Of a stretch of DNA of 64,000 nucleotides, positions 38,188 through 47,098 are shown in pieces (position 1 is the first letter of the stretch; each line of letters opens with the position of its first letter). Made by a program: the position numbers and the translations under genes. Under the pieces are notes generated by a model, which was given only the letters and a program-made list of their open reading frames with translations, made no database searches and was not told the DNA's origin. The stretch spans positions 75 through 64,074 of the forward strand of contig JBGSNK010000022.1 of assembly GCA_041739665.1 (NCBI GenBank), in the 5' to 3' direction. The DNA comes from Bdellovibrionales bacterium. Lineage in GTDB: Bacteria > Bdellovibrionota > Bdellovibrionia > Bdellovibrionales > JAGQZY01.

Positions 38188-38400
38188 AATATTCTCCTTA
38201 TGAAGATAAAGTCATAATTGAAAATGATTAAAATTGCCACTCTAAGCATTCAAGAGGCTAGACAGGCTGATTCTTGGGAATAGCAACTAAAAATACTGTA
38301 TTATTTTCAATATAAAATAATTAAAAAAATATTGTTTTTTCAAGACAACATGAGGTTTTCCTAATTAAGTGCCATGTTGCTCTCTTCAGGGGGGGCTCCA

Positions 38401-39048
38401 TTGAAGACCATTCTATTTTTTGTTTTCTTATTTCCTGTTGTTTCCATGGCGAACAAAAGCTTCGTTTGCCCAGAACACAATACTGTTTATAAGGGTGTCA
38501 CTTGCTGCTTAGATGCAATTTCTAAGCAAGATTGCCAAGCCTTAGTGGACCAGCAACTTCCTCAGAAAGTAATCGATGCTGTTTCGAACGTTCAAGAAAA
38601 TTATAAGGCTCAGGCCTATGATTATGGGCGAGTTCCCAATTGCTTTTGGCAAGTGGGTGTGTTTGCGAATTTAGTAGAATTTGATACCCACGACCAGCCA
38701 TTGGAATCCTATGACATTTTAGATTTATTGCAGACTCAACAAGGTTTTCATATTCAAGAGGACAGTGCTTTCCATTTCGGTGATATTCTGATGTTCTATG
38801 CCGTGGGAGAAATTCGTGAGGAAATTATCGAGAACCATATTCCAAAAAGAAAGTGGTATCCCCTCACTTCAACTGAGCATGGTGCTATTTCCTTAGGTGG
38901 CGGACTCCTTTTCCAAAAGGAAAACATTGGCAGTTCCGTATTTAGTATCGACTCTATAGAGCACACTCAAAAAGTGTATGAATCTGCTTGGAATAAAAAT
39001 CCCCAGTTACGTGGTTCTTTTCACGTCGAGGTTTGGCGAAAAAGATGA
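38401..39048 (+). CDS. Secreted hypothetical protein, possible NlpC/P60-like Cys-His fold (alternative start 38374)
   Basis: Signal peptide; PNCFW...GDILMF...EHGAISLG spacing. Confidence 0.45.
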   Translation: MKTILFFVFLFPVVSMANKSFVCPEHNTVYKGVTCCLDAISKQDCQALVDQQLPQKVIDAVSNVQENYKAQAYDYGRVPNCFWQVGVFANLVEFDTHDQPLESYDILDLLQTQQGFHIQEDSAFHFGDILMFYAVGEIREEIIENHIPKRKWYPLTSTEHGAISLGGGLLFQKENIGSSVFSIDSIEHTQKVYESAWNKNPQLRGSFHVEVWRKR

Positions 39049-39067
39049 ATTTCCTTTTATCCCCTAT

Positions 39068-39409
39068 TCATGGGGGAGAACAGGTTTGCTCCACGACCCA
39101 CTTGTAAAAGTGTGGCTCACTTTCCAACTTGTGAAAGAGAATGCAGGGAGTTTCAAAGGGATGAAGCTCAAGAATGCGTTTTTCTAATGAGTCCTGCAGT
39201 GAGATTTGGCTTTTTAAAATCATAGCCCACTCCATTTCGTTTTTCATTTTCCCTTGCCATGAGTAATAGGACTGGTGGGGCTCAAAGAGGTTTGCGCAGG
39301 CAATCTGTTTTTCAGTAAGTAGGGTTTGGGCGATGGCCTCTAGAGATTCTTTAGACGGGCCTGTCATATAGACTGTCAGGATCGAGGAGCGTGACACGAC
39401 AGGGCTCAC
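39068..39409 (-). CDS. cutA: Divalent-cation tolerance protein CutA
   Basis: IACAN, SYYSWQG and HPFETPCI motifs. Confidence 0.9.
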   Translation of the reverse strand: MSPVVSRSSILTVYMTGPSKESLEAIAQTLLTEKQIACANLFEPHQSYYSWQGKMKNEMEWAMILKSQISLQDSLEKRILELHPFETPCILFHKLESEPHFYKWVVEQTCSPP

Positions 39410-40461
39410 TTGATTTGGGTAGCGGGTTCGGCACCACGCTGTTTTTTACGCTTCTTCCACTGCTCAAGGGCATAGGCTCTTAAGTCGGCCACAGAGTCAA
39501 ATTCGTCGATGATCTCAACGCCAAGTAAAGTTTCAATGGCGTCTTCTAAAGTGACCAGACCCATGGTGGAGCCATAATCATCAACTACTATAAAAATATG
39601 ATCGTTGCGATGAATGAGCTGATCTAAACAAGCGGACACCGAAATATCTTCGGGTACGGTGTGGACGTTGGTCATTAATTCTGCCATTTTGATGGTGTCT
39701 TGATCGTTACTGGAAGCCTCAAGAATCTGATAACGATGCACAACCCCTTCAATATTGTCCAGGTTTTCACGATAGACAGGGATGCGCGAGTAGCGAATCG
39801 GTTTATGTTCTTCAATAACTTCCTCGATAGTCATATCGGCCGGCAAGGCCATGAGGACGGATCTCGGTGTCATGATGTCGTAGACAAATATATTGTCGAG
39901 CATCAAAAGGTTTTTGATAATATTGGATTCACGCTTTTTCAAAGCTCCATGGCCCACACCCATTTCGGCAGTGGCAATCATCTCTTCACGGGTGAAGGTG
40001 TACTGCACGTCGCCGGCAAAGATTTCAGAGATTTTCTCCATTAAATAAACCAAAGGGTAGAGGACTAAAATCATCAAACGAATGGAATATGCAGTAAAGG
40101 GAGCAAATGTCTTCCACTTTGAAGCTCCCAGAGTTTTGGGAATAATCTCTGAAAAGACTAGCACAATAAAAGTCAAAATCGCAGAAGCTAAGGTAAGGTG
40201 TTCATCACCATAGAGTTTGTTGACTTCAGCACCCACACCCGCCGCTCCAACGGTGTGAGCAATGGTGTTGAGAGTGAGGATGGCAGCTAAGGGACGATCG
40301 ATGCTGGTTTTGAGTTCACCGAGAATGCGGGCGTATTTCTTGCCGTTGCTGGCCTCTGTACTTATGAAGCTTGGTGAGACCGATAAGATGACGGCTTCAA
40401 ACAAAGAGCAAAGAAAAGAAACGACGACAGCGACAAAAAGATAGGTCAACAGAAGTGTCAT
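39406..40461 (-). CDS. CNNM (DUF21) + CBS domain membrane protein
   Basis: SFLCSLFEA, ILTLNTIAHTVGA, SEIIPK, IMTPR, YSRIPVY and GLVTLED motifs. Confidence 0.92.
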   Translation of the reverse strand: MTLLLTYLFVAVVVSFLCSLFEAVILSVSPSFISTEASNGKKYARILGELKTSIDRPLAAILTLNTIAHTVGAAGVGAEVNKLYGDEHLTLASAILTFIVLVFSEIIPKTLGASKWKTFAPFTAYSIRLMILVLYPLVYLMEKISEIFAGDVQYTFTREEMIATAEMGVGHGALKKRESNIIKNLLMLDNIFVYDIMTPRSVLMALPADMTIEEVIEEHKPIRYSRIPVYRENLDNIEGVVHRYQILEASSNDQDTIKMAELMTNVHTVPEDISVSACLDQLIHRNDHIFIVVDDYGSTMGLVTLEDAIETLLGVEIIDEFDSVADLRAYALEQWKKRKKQRGAEPATQIK

Positions 40462-40629
40462 CTTGCAACTAACTTGGAGGGGTAAAAGGATTTATCAGGA
40501 CCTAGGGGATCTTCCATATAGAGATTAGAGAATAACAGCTCTGACCAGCAAGGGGCTAACGAAAAGCAGCGCATGACGCTCCGCCAAATGAGCCCTTTGT
40601 TCTGACAATTGTCCTTAATAAACAAGGGT

Positions 40630-41169
40630 TTAGGCTTGATTTTCAGAATCCTTCCAAACCCGTGAACCCACAGAGCGATTTTGCCCCTGATACTTGCCGC
40701 GATAAGGGCTCAGCGCATCGGCATCCATCAAACCAAAGACCAGCTGACAAATGCGTCGGCCCGCTTCAAGTTGAATCGGAAGTGAGTTGGCGTTGTAGAG
40801 TTCGAGGGTGATTTTACCTTCGAAACCAGGATCCACCCAGCCCGCGTTTTGGATAAAAAGTCCCATTCTTCCGATGGAGGATCGGCCCTCAACGAAAGAG
40901 ACCATATTGTTGGGAAGTTTAATATATTCCATTGTGGTTGCTAAAAGAAAAGAGTGAGGCGCGATTGTGATGGTGTCGGCCACCACCTCTTTGTATTTAA
41001 TTTCTTCAGACATAGAGATCACATGACTTTCTTGTGGTTCAACCACAAGAAAGTGATTTCCTAAACGGCAGTCTATGGATGCCGGCTGAACCGACTCTGG
41101 TGTGAGGGGGTCAATAACAAGTTCCCCTGATTCCAAAAGTTTTCTCAGTCCCCCATCCGAAAGTATCAT
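40630..41169 (-). CDS. dcd: dCTP deaminase
   Basis: MILSD, QPASIDCRLG, EGRSSIGR, AGWVDPGFEG.ITLE and RICQL motifs. Confidence 0.95.
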   Translation of the reverse strand: MILSDGGLRKLLESGELVIDPLTPESVQPASIDCRLGNHFLVVEPQESHVISMSEEIKYKEVVADTITIAPHSFLLATTMEYIKLPNNMVSFVEGRSSIGRMGLFIQNAGWVDPGFEGKITLELYNANSLPIQLEAGRRICQLVFGLMDADALSPYRGKYQGQNRSVGSRVWKDSENQA

Positions 41170-43274
41170 TACTTTTTCTCCGCCGCTCTTTGCTCTTGGT
41201 ACTTCTTTGCAAGTTCGTCTTGGATGTTACGAGGTACAGGTGAGTACTTTGAAAATTCCATAGTGAACTCACCCTTACCTTGTGTGGCCGATCGTAAATC
41301 CGTTGAGTAGCCAAACATTTCGTTTAGGGGGACTTCGGCCGTTACAACCACAAAACCTTCTTGAGTGTTTGTGCCGGCAATCATTCCGCGACGCTGGTTG
41401 ATCTGTCCCATCACCGAACCCTGGAACTCTTCCGGAGCCGAAACTTCCACTTTCATGATAGGCTCAAGAGCTGTGGGCTTGGCTCTTTCGTAGGCTTGTC
41501 TCATCGCAGCCATGGCGCAAATCTTAAAGGCCATCTCGCTGGAATCCACATCATGGTAAGCGCCGTCTTCAAGATCCACTTCCACATTAACAATGGGAAA
41601 GCCGATAAGAGTCCCTTTAGTCAATTGGTCTTGGAAACCTTTTTCACAAGCTGGGATATATTCTTTAGGAATACGACCACCGACCACTTTGTTGTTAAAG
41701 CGAAAGTTGGTTTCTTCTTCGGGTGGGATCGGACGAATCTTGCCCACAACTTTTGCGAACTGCCCAGAACCACCGGTTTGCTTTTTGTGAGTGTAATCGT
41801 AATCAGCTTCGATACCAATGGTTTCGCGGTAAGCCACCTGAGGCTGACCGGTGACAACTTCACAACCAAATTCACGTTTCATTCGCTCGACGTAAACCTC
41901 TAAGTGAAGCTCACCCATTCCAGAAATAATCGTTTCATTGGATTCCTCGTCGCGATGAACCCGGAAAGTGGGATCTTCTTTTCTGAACTTCTGAAGAGCT
42001 TTAGAGAAATTGCTTGCGCCCGATTTGTCTTTTGGAGCCACGGCAAGAGAGATAACCGCTTCTGGCACGTGCATAGAGGTCATGGCGTAGTTGACTTTTC
42101 CGTCGGTGAACGTATCACCAGAGGCACAGTCCACACCAAAGAGAGCCACGATGTCTCCAGCGTAGGCCACGTCCACATCTTGCATTTCGTCTGAGTTCAT
42201 TTTAACTAAGCGAGGCACTTTCAACTTTTTGTCGTTGGTCGTGTTAAATATGAACTCGCCCTTTTTCATGGTGCCCTGGTAGACGCGCATATAAGTCAGC
42301 TGACCATAGCGACCGTCTTCCAATTTGAAGGCCAAAGCGACCAGGGGTTTATCGTTATCTGTAAACAGTTGAACTTCACTCTCGCCTTTATCCAAGTCGA
42401 GAGCTTTGTTGTCGATTTGATCGGGACTGGGCAAGTAGCGAGTCACAGCGTTCAACAAAAGCTGAACACCTTTGTTTTTATAGGCAGAGCCCATGAAAAC
42501 AGGTGTCAGAGCTAAAGATATAGTGCCCGCACGAACGGCCTTGTGAATCAAGTCTTGCGGAATGTCTTCGCCGTCGAGAAGTTTGTTCATCAACTCGTCG
42601 TCAAACATAGAGACAGCTTCCAGCATTTCTTCGCGATATTTTTCAGCGTCCGCTTGCATATCTTCAGGAATGGGGCCTTCAATGATTTTTTCACCATTGT
42701 CTCCCTCAAAAACATAGGACTTCATAGTGACCAAATCCACCACACCTTTATGGGCGTCTTCAGCGCCTATGGGAATTTGCATCATCACGGCATTGTGAGC
42801 CAATTTCTCGCGCAACTGTTGAGTCACACGGTAAGGGTTGGCCCCAGAGCGATCCAGCTTGTTGATGAAGGCCAAGCGAGGAACACTGTAGCGGCGCATT
42901 TGGCGATCCACTGTGATGGACTGGGACTGAACACCCGATGTTCCACACAGAACGAGAATAGCGCCATCGAGAACGCGTAAAGATCTTTCCACTTCGACAG
43001 TGAAGTCCACGTGTCCGGGGGTGTCGATAATGTTAATGTTGGTGTCGCCCCAAAAGACGTTGGTGGCGGCGGATTGGATCGTGATACCGCGCTCTCTTTC
43101 CAGTTCCATGGAATCCATTTTGGCACCCACACCATCTTTTCCGCGAACGTCGTGGATGGCGTGAATTCGGCCTGTATAAAAAAGAATACGCTCGGTGAGA
43201 GTTGTTTTACCCGAGTCGATGTGTGCCGAAATACCGATATTGCGGACTTTTTCCATTTCCCACTTTTGTGCCAT
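41169..43274 (-). CDS. fusA: Elongation factor G
   Basis: [30 protein letters not shown] and YHDVDSS motifs. Confidence 0.98.
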   Translation of the reverse strand: MAQKWEMEKVRNIGISAHIDSGKTTLTERILFYTGRIHAIHDVRGKDGVGAKMDSMELERERGITIQSAATNVFWGDTNINIIDTPGHVDFTVEVERSLRVLDGAILVLCGTSGVQSQSITVDRQMRRYSVPRLAFINKLDRSGANPYRVTQQLREKLAHNAVMMQIPIGAEDAHKGVVDLVTMKSYVFEGDNGEKIIEGPIPEDMQADAEKYREEMLEAVSMFDDELMNKLLDGEDIPQDLIHKAVRAGTISLALTPVFMGSAYKNKGVQLLLNAVTRYLPSPDQIDNKALDLDKGESEVQLFTDNDKPLVALAFKLEDGRYGQLTYMRVYQGTMKKGEFIFNTTNDKKLKVPRLVKMNSDEMQDVDVAYAGDIVALFGVDCASGDTFTDGKVNYAMTSMHVPEAVISLAVAPKDKSGASNFSKALQKFRKEDPTFRVHRDEESNETIISGMGELHLEVYVERMKREFGCEVVTGQPQVAYRETIGIEADYDYTHKKQTGGSGQFAKVVGKIRPIPPEEETNFRFNNKVVGGRIPKEYIPACEKGFQDQLTKGTLIGFPIVNVEVDLEDGAYHDVDSSEMAFKICAMAAMRQAYERAKPTALEPIMKVEVSAPEEFQGSVMGQINQRRGMIAGTNTQEGFVVVTAEVPLNEMFGYSTDLRSATQGKGEFTMEFSKYSPVPRNIQDELAKKYQEQRAAEKK

Positions 43275-43443
43275 AATCTCTATTCCTCTGTCAGAATGCT
43301 TGCGCCCACCGAGGGGTCGTCCCCATTGGGCTGTGAATTTGTTGTTCTATTCAAAGGAGCTTTGTTATCATGTCTTGACGAGCAGTGCAAAAAAAATGCA
43401 AACAAGATTGAGACAAGAAACTTAGCTGGAAGGGTGCAGCATT

Positions 43444-44856
43444 TTGCAAGATAAACAATATCAATGGGCCCAGACACTCCTTAAAAAGCATTGGGGTTAC
43501 GATGTCTTCCGTCCCCTGCAGGCGGATGTGATCGAACACCTGGGGGCAGGTCAAAATGCCCTGGTTCTGATGCCCACTGGCTCAGGTAAGAGTCTCTGCT
43601 ATCAGGTGCCGTCCCTTATGTTTGAGGGCCTGGTCGTGGTCCTCTCGCCCCTGATTGCCCTCATGAAAGACCAAGTGGATGAGGCTCGTAAACGGGGGCT
43701 GGCCACCCAATTTATCAACTCGAGTCTGAGTCGCGAGCAGCGTGAGAAGGCCTATCGAGATTTAAGCAGCGGCAAAATACGATTGCTCTACGTGACTCCC
43801 GAGCGCTTTCGCAAAGCCGACTTTGTAGAGATCTTACAAAATTTGCAGGTCTCTTTAATGGCCGTCGACGAGGCTCACTGTATTTCCGAGTGGGGTCATG
43901 ATTTTCGCCCCGACTACACTCGAATGAAAGAAATCCGACAAGTCTTAGGAAATCCTCCGGTTGTGGCCTTGACCGCTACGGCCACTCGTGAGGTCCGCGA
44001 GGATATTTTGAGAAAACTGGGACTTGCCGCCGATACCAAAGTTTTTTGCACTGGTTTTGAAAGACCCAACCTGGAGTTAGAAGTGCTAGAAGTGGTGGGA
44101 CTTATGGATAAAGTACGCGCCTTTATGTTTTACGAGCACCGATATCCAGGAGCTAAGATTATTTACTTTTCCCTTGTCGACACCCTTAAAAAGTTTTCCA
44201 TGGAATTAGAAAAACTCAACAAAGAGCATTTGATTTATCACGGTCAACTCTCTAGCTCCGCTCGTCGTTTCAATCAAAAAACATTTCAAAAAGAAGAGAA
44301 CCCTTTGATTTTGGCCACCCCTGCTTTTGGCTTGGGAGTGAACAAGGCCAATATTCGATCGGTTATCCATGCTGAACTGCCTGGTTCTATTGAGTCCTAT
44401 TACCAAGAAGTGGGCCGCGCTGGACGAGACGGGGAGCCCGCCCACTGTGCCTTGCTCTACGATGGGGATGACATCAGCATCCAAATGGATTTTATCAAAT
44501 GGGCCCACCCTGATCCTAGCTTTATTCGTCAGGTTTATCGCTTGATCGAAGACAATTATTTGCAAGTTCGGCAAGGGGGCTACGATTTCTTACGCGAAAA
44601 AATGCACTTTTATCACAAACGGGACTTTCGCGTGGAGACGGTGATTAAACTTTTTGATCGCTGGGGGGTTCTCGAAAATTTTCATACCCCGCGACTGTGG
44701 GAGTTGGTTTCGGAAATTCCCGATCATTTACTAGAGGAAGAAAGTCACAAACGACACCTTCTGGTGCAGCAGCAAAAACTGTTGACTATGGTACAGCTTT
44801 GTCAAAATCCAGAAAATATTAAAGAGAAAGTGGTGAGTTACTTTGAAGTTTCCTAA
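43444..44856 (+). CDS. recQ: RecQ-family ATP-dependent DNA helicase (short form)
   Basis: MPTGSGKSLCYQ, VDEAHCISEWGHDFRPDY, LTATA and YYQEVGRAGRDG motifs. Confidence 0.88.
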   Translation: MQDKQYQWAQTLLKKHWGYDVFRPLQADVIEHLGAGQNALVLMPTGSGKSLCYQVPSLMFEGLVVVLSPLIALMKDQVDEARKRGLATQFINSSLSREQREKAYRDLSSGKIRLLYVTPERFRKADFVEILQNLQVSLMAVDEAHCISEWGHDFRPDYTRMKEIRQVLGNPPVVALTATATREVREDILRKLGLAADTKVFCTGFERPNLELEVLEVVGLMDKVRAFMFYEHRYPGAKIIYFSLVDTLKKFSMELEKLNKEHLIYHGQLSSSARRFNQKTFQKEENPLILATPAFGLGVNKANIRSVIHAELPGSIESYYQEVGRAGRDGEPAHCALLYDGDDISIQMDFIKWAHPDPSFIRQVYRLIEDNYLQVRQGGYDFLREKMHFYHKRDFRVETVIKLFDRWGVLENFHTPRLWELVSEIPDHLLEEESHKRHLLVQQQKLLTMVQLCQNPENIKEKVVSYFEVS

Positions 44857-45475
44857 CCCAGAAAGTGCGGGCCCCGCTGGTCTTCTCGCTTTAGGAAGAG
44901 ACCTTCTGCCCCAAACATTAGAACAAGCCTATAGCCAGGGGATTTTTCCTTGGCCCGAGAAAGGCAAACCTTTGTTGTGGTTCTCGCCAGACCCACGTGG
45001 AGTTTTATTTTTTGATCAATTCAAATTGCCCAAAAGCACGCGCAAAACCATGCGCGATAATCGCTTTATCCTGACCGAGAACAAAGCTTTTCGTGAGGTT
45101 ATTGAAAACTGTTCGACCCGTCCACGCAAACTTGAAAATCAGACATGGATCTTGCCCGAAATGGTAGAGGCCTACGTGGAGTTGCACCGACTTGGTCATG
45201 CTCAAAGTGTAGAGGCTTGGCTGGGTGATAAACTTGTGGGAGGCATATATGGCGTGCAGTTTCGAGGAGTCTTCAGTGGCGAAAGTATGTTTTATAAGGA
45301 GAGTGAGGCCTCAAAGGTCTGTCTTGCCCATTTGGTACAGATTTTAAGTCGGCAGGGACACCAATGGATAGACATTCAAATGGTCACACCTCTTTTGGCA
45401 CAACTAGGTGCGGTGACAGTGCCTCGCAAAAAATATTTACACATGTTATTAGAAAGGCAGCAACAGTATTCTTGA
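44843..45475 (+). CDS. aat: Leucyl/phenylalanyl-tRNA--protein transferase
   Basis: AYSQGIFPW, WFSPDPRG, TWI, GGIYG, FSGESMF and ASKV motifs. Confidence 0.95.
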   Translation: MKFPNPESAGPAGLLALGRDLLPQTLEQAYSQGIFPWPEKGKPLLWFSPDPRGVLFFDQFKLPKSTRKTMRDNRFILTENKAFREVIENCSTRPRKLENQTWILPEMVEAYVELHRLGHAQSVEAWLGDKLVGGIYGVQFRGVFSGESMFYKESEASKVCLAHLVQILSRQGHQWIDIQMVTPLLAQLGAVTVPRKKYLHMLLERQQQYS

Positions 45476-45486
45476 AGGAGTTGGAC

Positions 45487-45978
45487 TTGATTATTGGTAA
45501 AGATCGCGTGGTGACCTTGGCTTATCAATTGTTTTCCCTAGGAGAAGGTCAGCAGCCTATTTTAATCGAAGAGCGCACGATCGAAGAGCCCCTTGAATTT
45601 CTCTTTGGTCAAAATACTCTCTTGTCGAAAGTCGAAGAGATGTTAAAAGGCAAGACGCGAGGGTTTCAGGGGAGTGTGGACCTTCACCCAAACGATGCCT
45701 TTGGCTTGCATCAAGAAGAACTTGTCGCAGAATTGGATCGTCAGAAGTTTCCGCAAGAACCCGAACTAGAATTGGGTATGAAGTTTCAGACCCAAGGACC
45801 CAATGGCGAAGTATTATCTGTAATTGTTAAAGAGATAAATGACGACAAAGTTCTCGTCGATGGCAATCACCCCTTGGCTGGCTTGCATTTGCGCTTTGAG
45901 CTCAATGTCTTGCGCGTGCGCGAAGCTCTGCCAGAGGAAATAGCCAACAAAGAAGTCAAGATCACCCATCTTCACTAA
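45487..45978 (+). CDS. slyD: FKBP-type peptidyl-prolyl isomerase (SlyD-like)
   Basis: KDRVVTLAY, PLEFLFG, VDGNHPLAG and VREA..EE motifs; AAGGAG before the TTG start. Confidence 0.85.
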   Translation: MIIGKDRVVTLAYQLFSLGEGQQPILIEERTIEEPLEFLFGQNTLLSKVEEMLKGKTRGFQGSVDLHPNDAFGLHQEELVAELDRQKFPQEPELELGMKFQTQGPNGEVLSVIVKEINDDKVLVDGNHPLAGLHLRFELNVLRVREALPEEIANKEVKITHLH

Positions 45979-45983
45979 CCAAA

Positions 45984-46008
45984 AAACCTCTATAAATGAG
46001 AGGGGTTT
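45984..46008. terminator. Probable bidirectional terminator
   Basis: Imperfect aaacctct...agaggggttt hairpin between convergent genes. Confidence 0.4.
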
Positions 46009-46034
46009 GAGCACATCAGATCAAACCCTATTAT

Positions 46035-47087
46035 TTAAGGTTGGGTAATGGTGTTTTTAAGTTTCATAACCATTGTCTCTTGCATGCGGGGCAAGCCCAT
46101 GGAGAAACCCTCATCGCGGTTATAAATACTTTGGCCCATCAAGATTGTTCGGGCATCTAAAAACGAGCTTTGCAATTTATCTAGATCATCTTTCTCAAGG
46201 GCAATTGCCGATTGAACAACAAGCAAAGATTGAGAGTCTGAATAAGGGTGAACAGACACCACTACCTTGGTGAATTGAATGAGCGTATTTGCAAGAAAGC
46301 CATTGAGAACCAAGACACCCTCGGTGGCTCGCTTCAAATGTTGAACCGCCGGTTGTTGGCTTGCTGAGCTAGCGACATTGTCGACATAAATTTCAGCAAA
46401 CTGTACGATTGTCGAAGGCATTTCGGAAAATGTTTGCATAGGTAGAGCACTGATTGTTTGCATCAATCCCGACCAATTCTTATCAAAATTCACTTGTGAT
46501 GAGATACACTCCATACCAGGATTGGAACACCAATTGGCTTCTTGATTACTCATCCATTGATTTTCAAGTGCTTGACGAGCTTGTTTGTAACCTTCCTCAC
46601 TCAATGGATCTACCAATCGATTGCGACGGTACTCCAATGTTTCGAGAGCAGACTCGTAATCCGCATCAAGCTCATTTTGAAATGTTTCATTCACCTTTTG
46701 AGCGGAAAGGGGACTGTGGCTGAAACCAACATCCATTTGTTCTAAAATTTCGAGGCCAGAGTGAGAATTAAAAAAGGATTTAACCTTGTTAAGATCAGCG
46801 ACAAAAGCGGCCTCGAATCGAAACACTTCTAGGTTTTCCGAGCCGTCCACGGGATTGTAGTTTTTAAGAGAGCGATAAGACTTCGTCGGGCGAAGAGATT
46901 TTTCCCCATAGCCTTGGCTCCATTCCCTCTCGGAGACCAAACCAGATGCTAACAAAATCTCATCCGATCCAATTTTCAAATCCTTTTGAACGAATCCCAA
47001 ATCTTTGCGAATAATAGTCTGTGCCAAAAGGTTTGGTGAGTAAAAGACAAAGTATGCAATGACAGTTAAGAATATAAAGTTTTTCAT
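46035..47087 (-). CDS. Secreted hypothetical protein
   Basis: Signal peptide (…NLLA-Q); AAGGA RBS; 11 nt downstream of the PBP stop. Confidence 0.65.
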   Translation of the reverse strand: MKNFIFLTVIAYFVFYSPNLLAQTIIRKDLGFVQKDLKIGSDEILLASGLVSEREWSQGYGEKSLRPTKSYRSLKNYNPVDGSENLEVFRFEAAFVADLNKVKSFFNSHSGLEILEQMDVGFSHSPLSAQKVNETFQNELDADYESALETLEYRRNRLVDPLSEEGYKQARQALENQWMSNQEANWCSNPGMECISSQVNFDKNWSGLMQTISALPMQTFSEMPSTIVQFAEIYVDNVASSASQQPAVQHLKRATEGVLVLNGFLANTLIQFTKVVVSVHPYSDSQSLLVVQSAIALEKDDLDKLQSSFLDARTILMGQSIYNRDEGFSMGLPRMQETMVMKLKNTITQP

Positions 47088-47098
47088 AAAGGTTTTCC

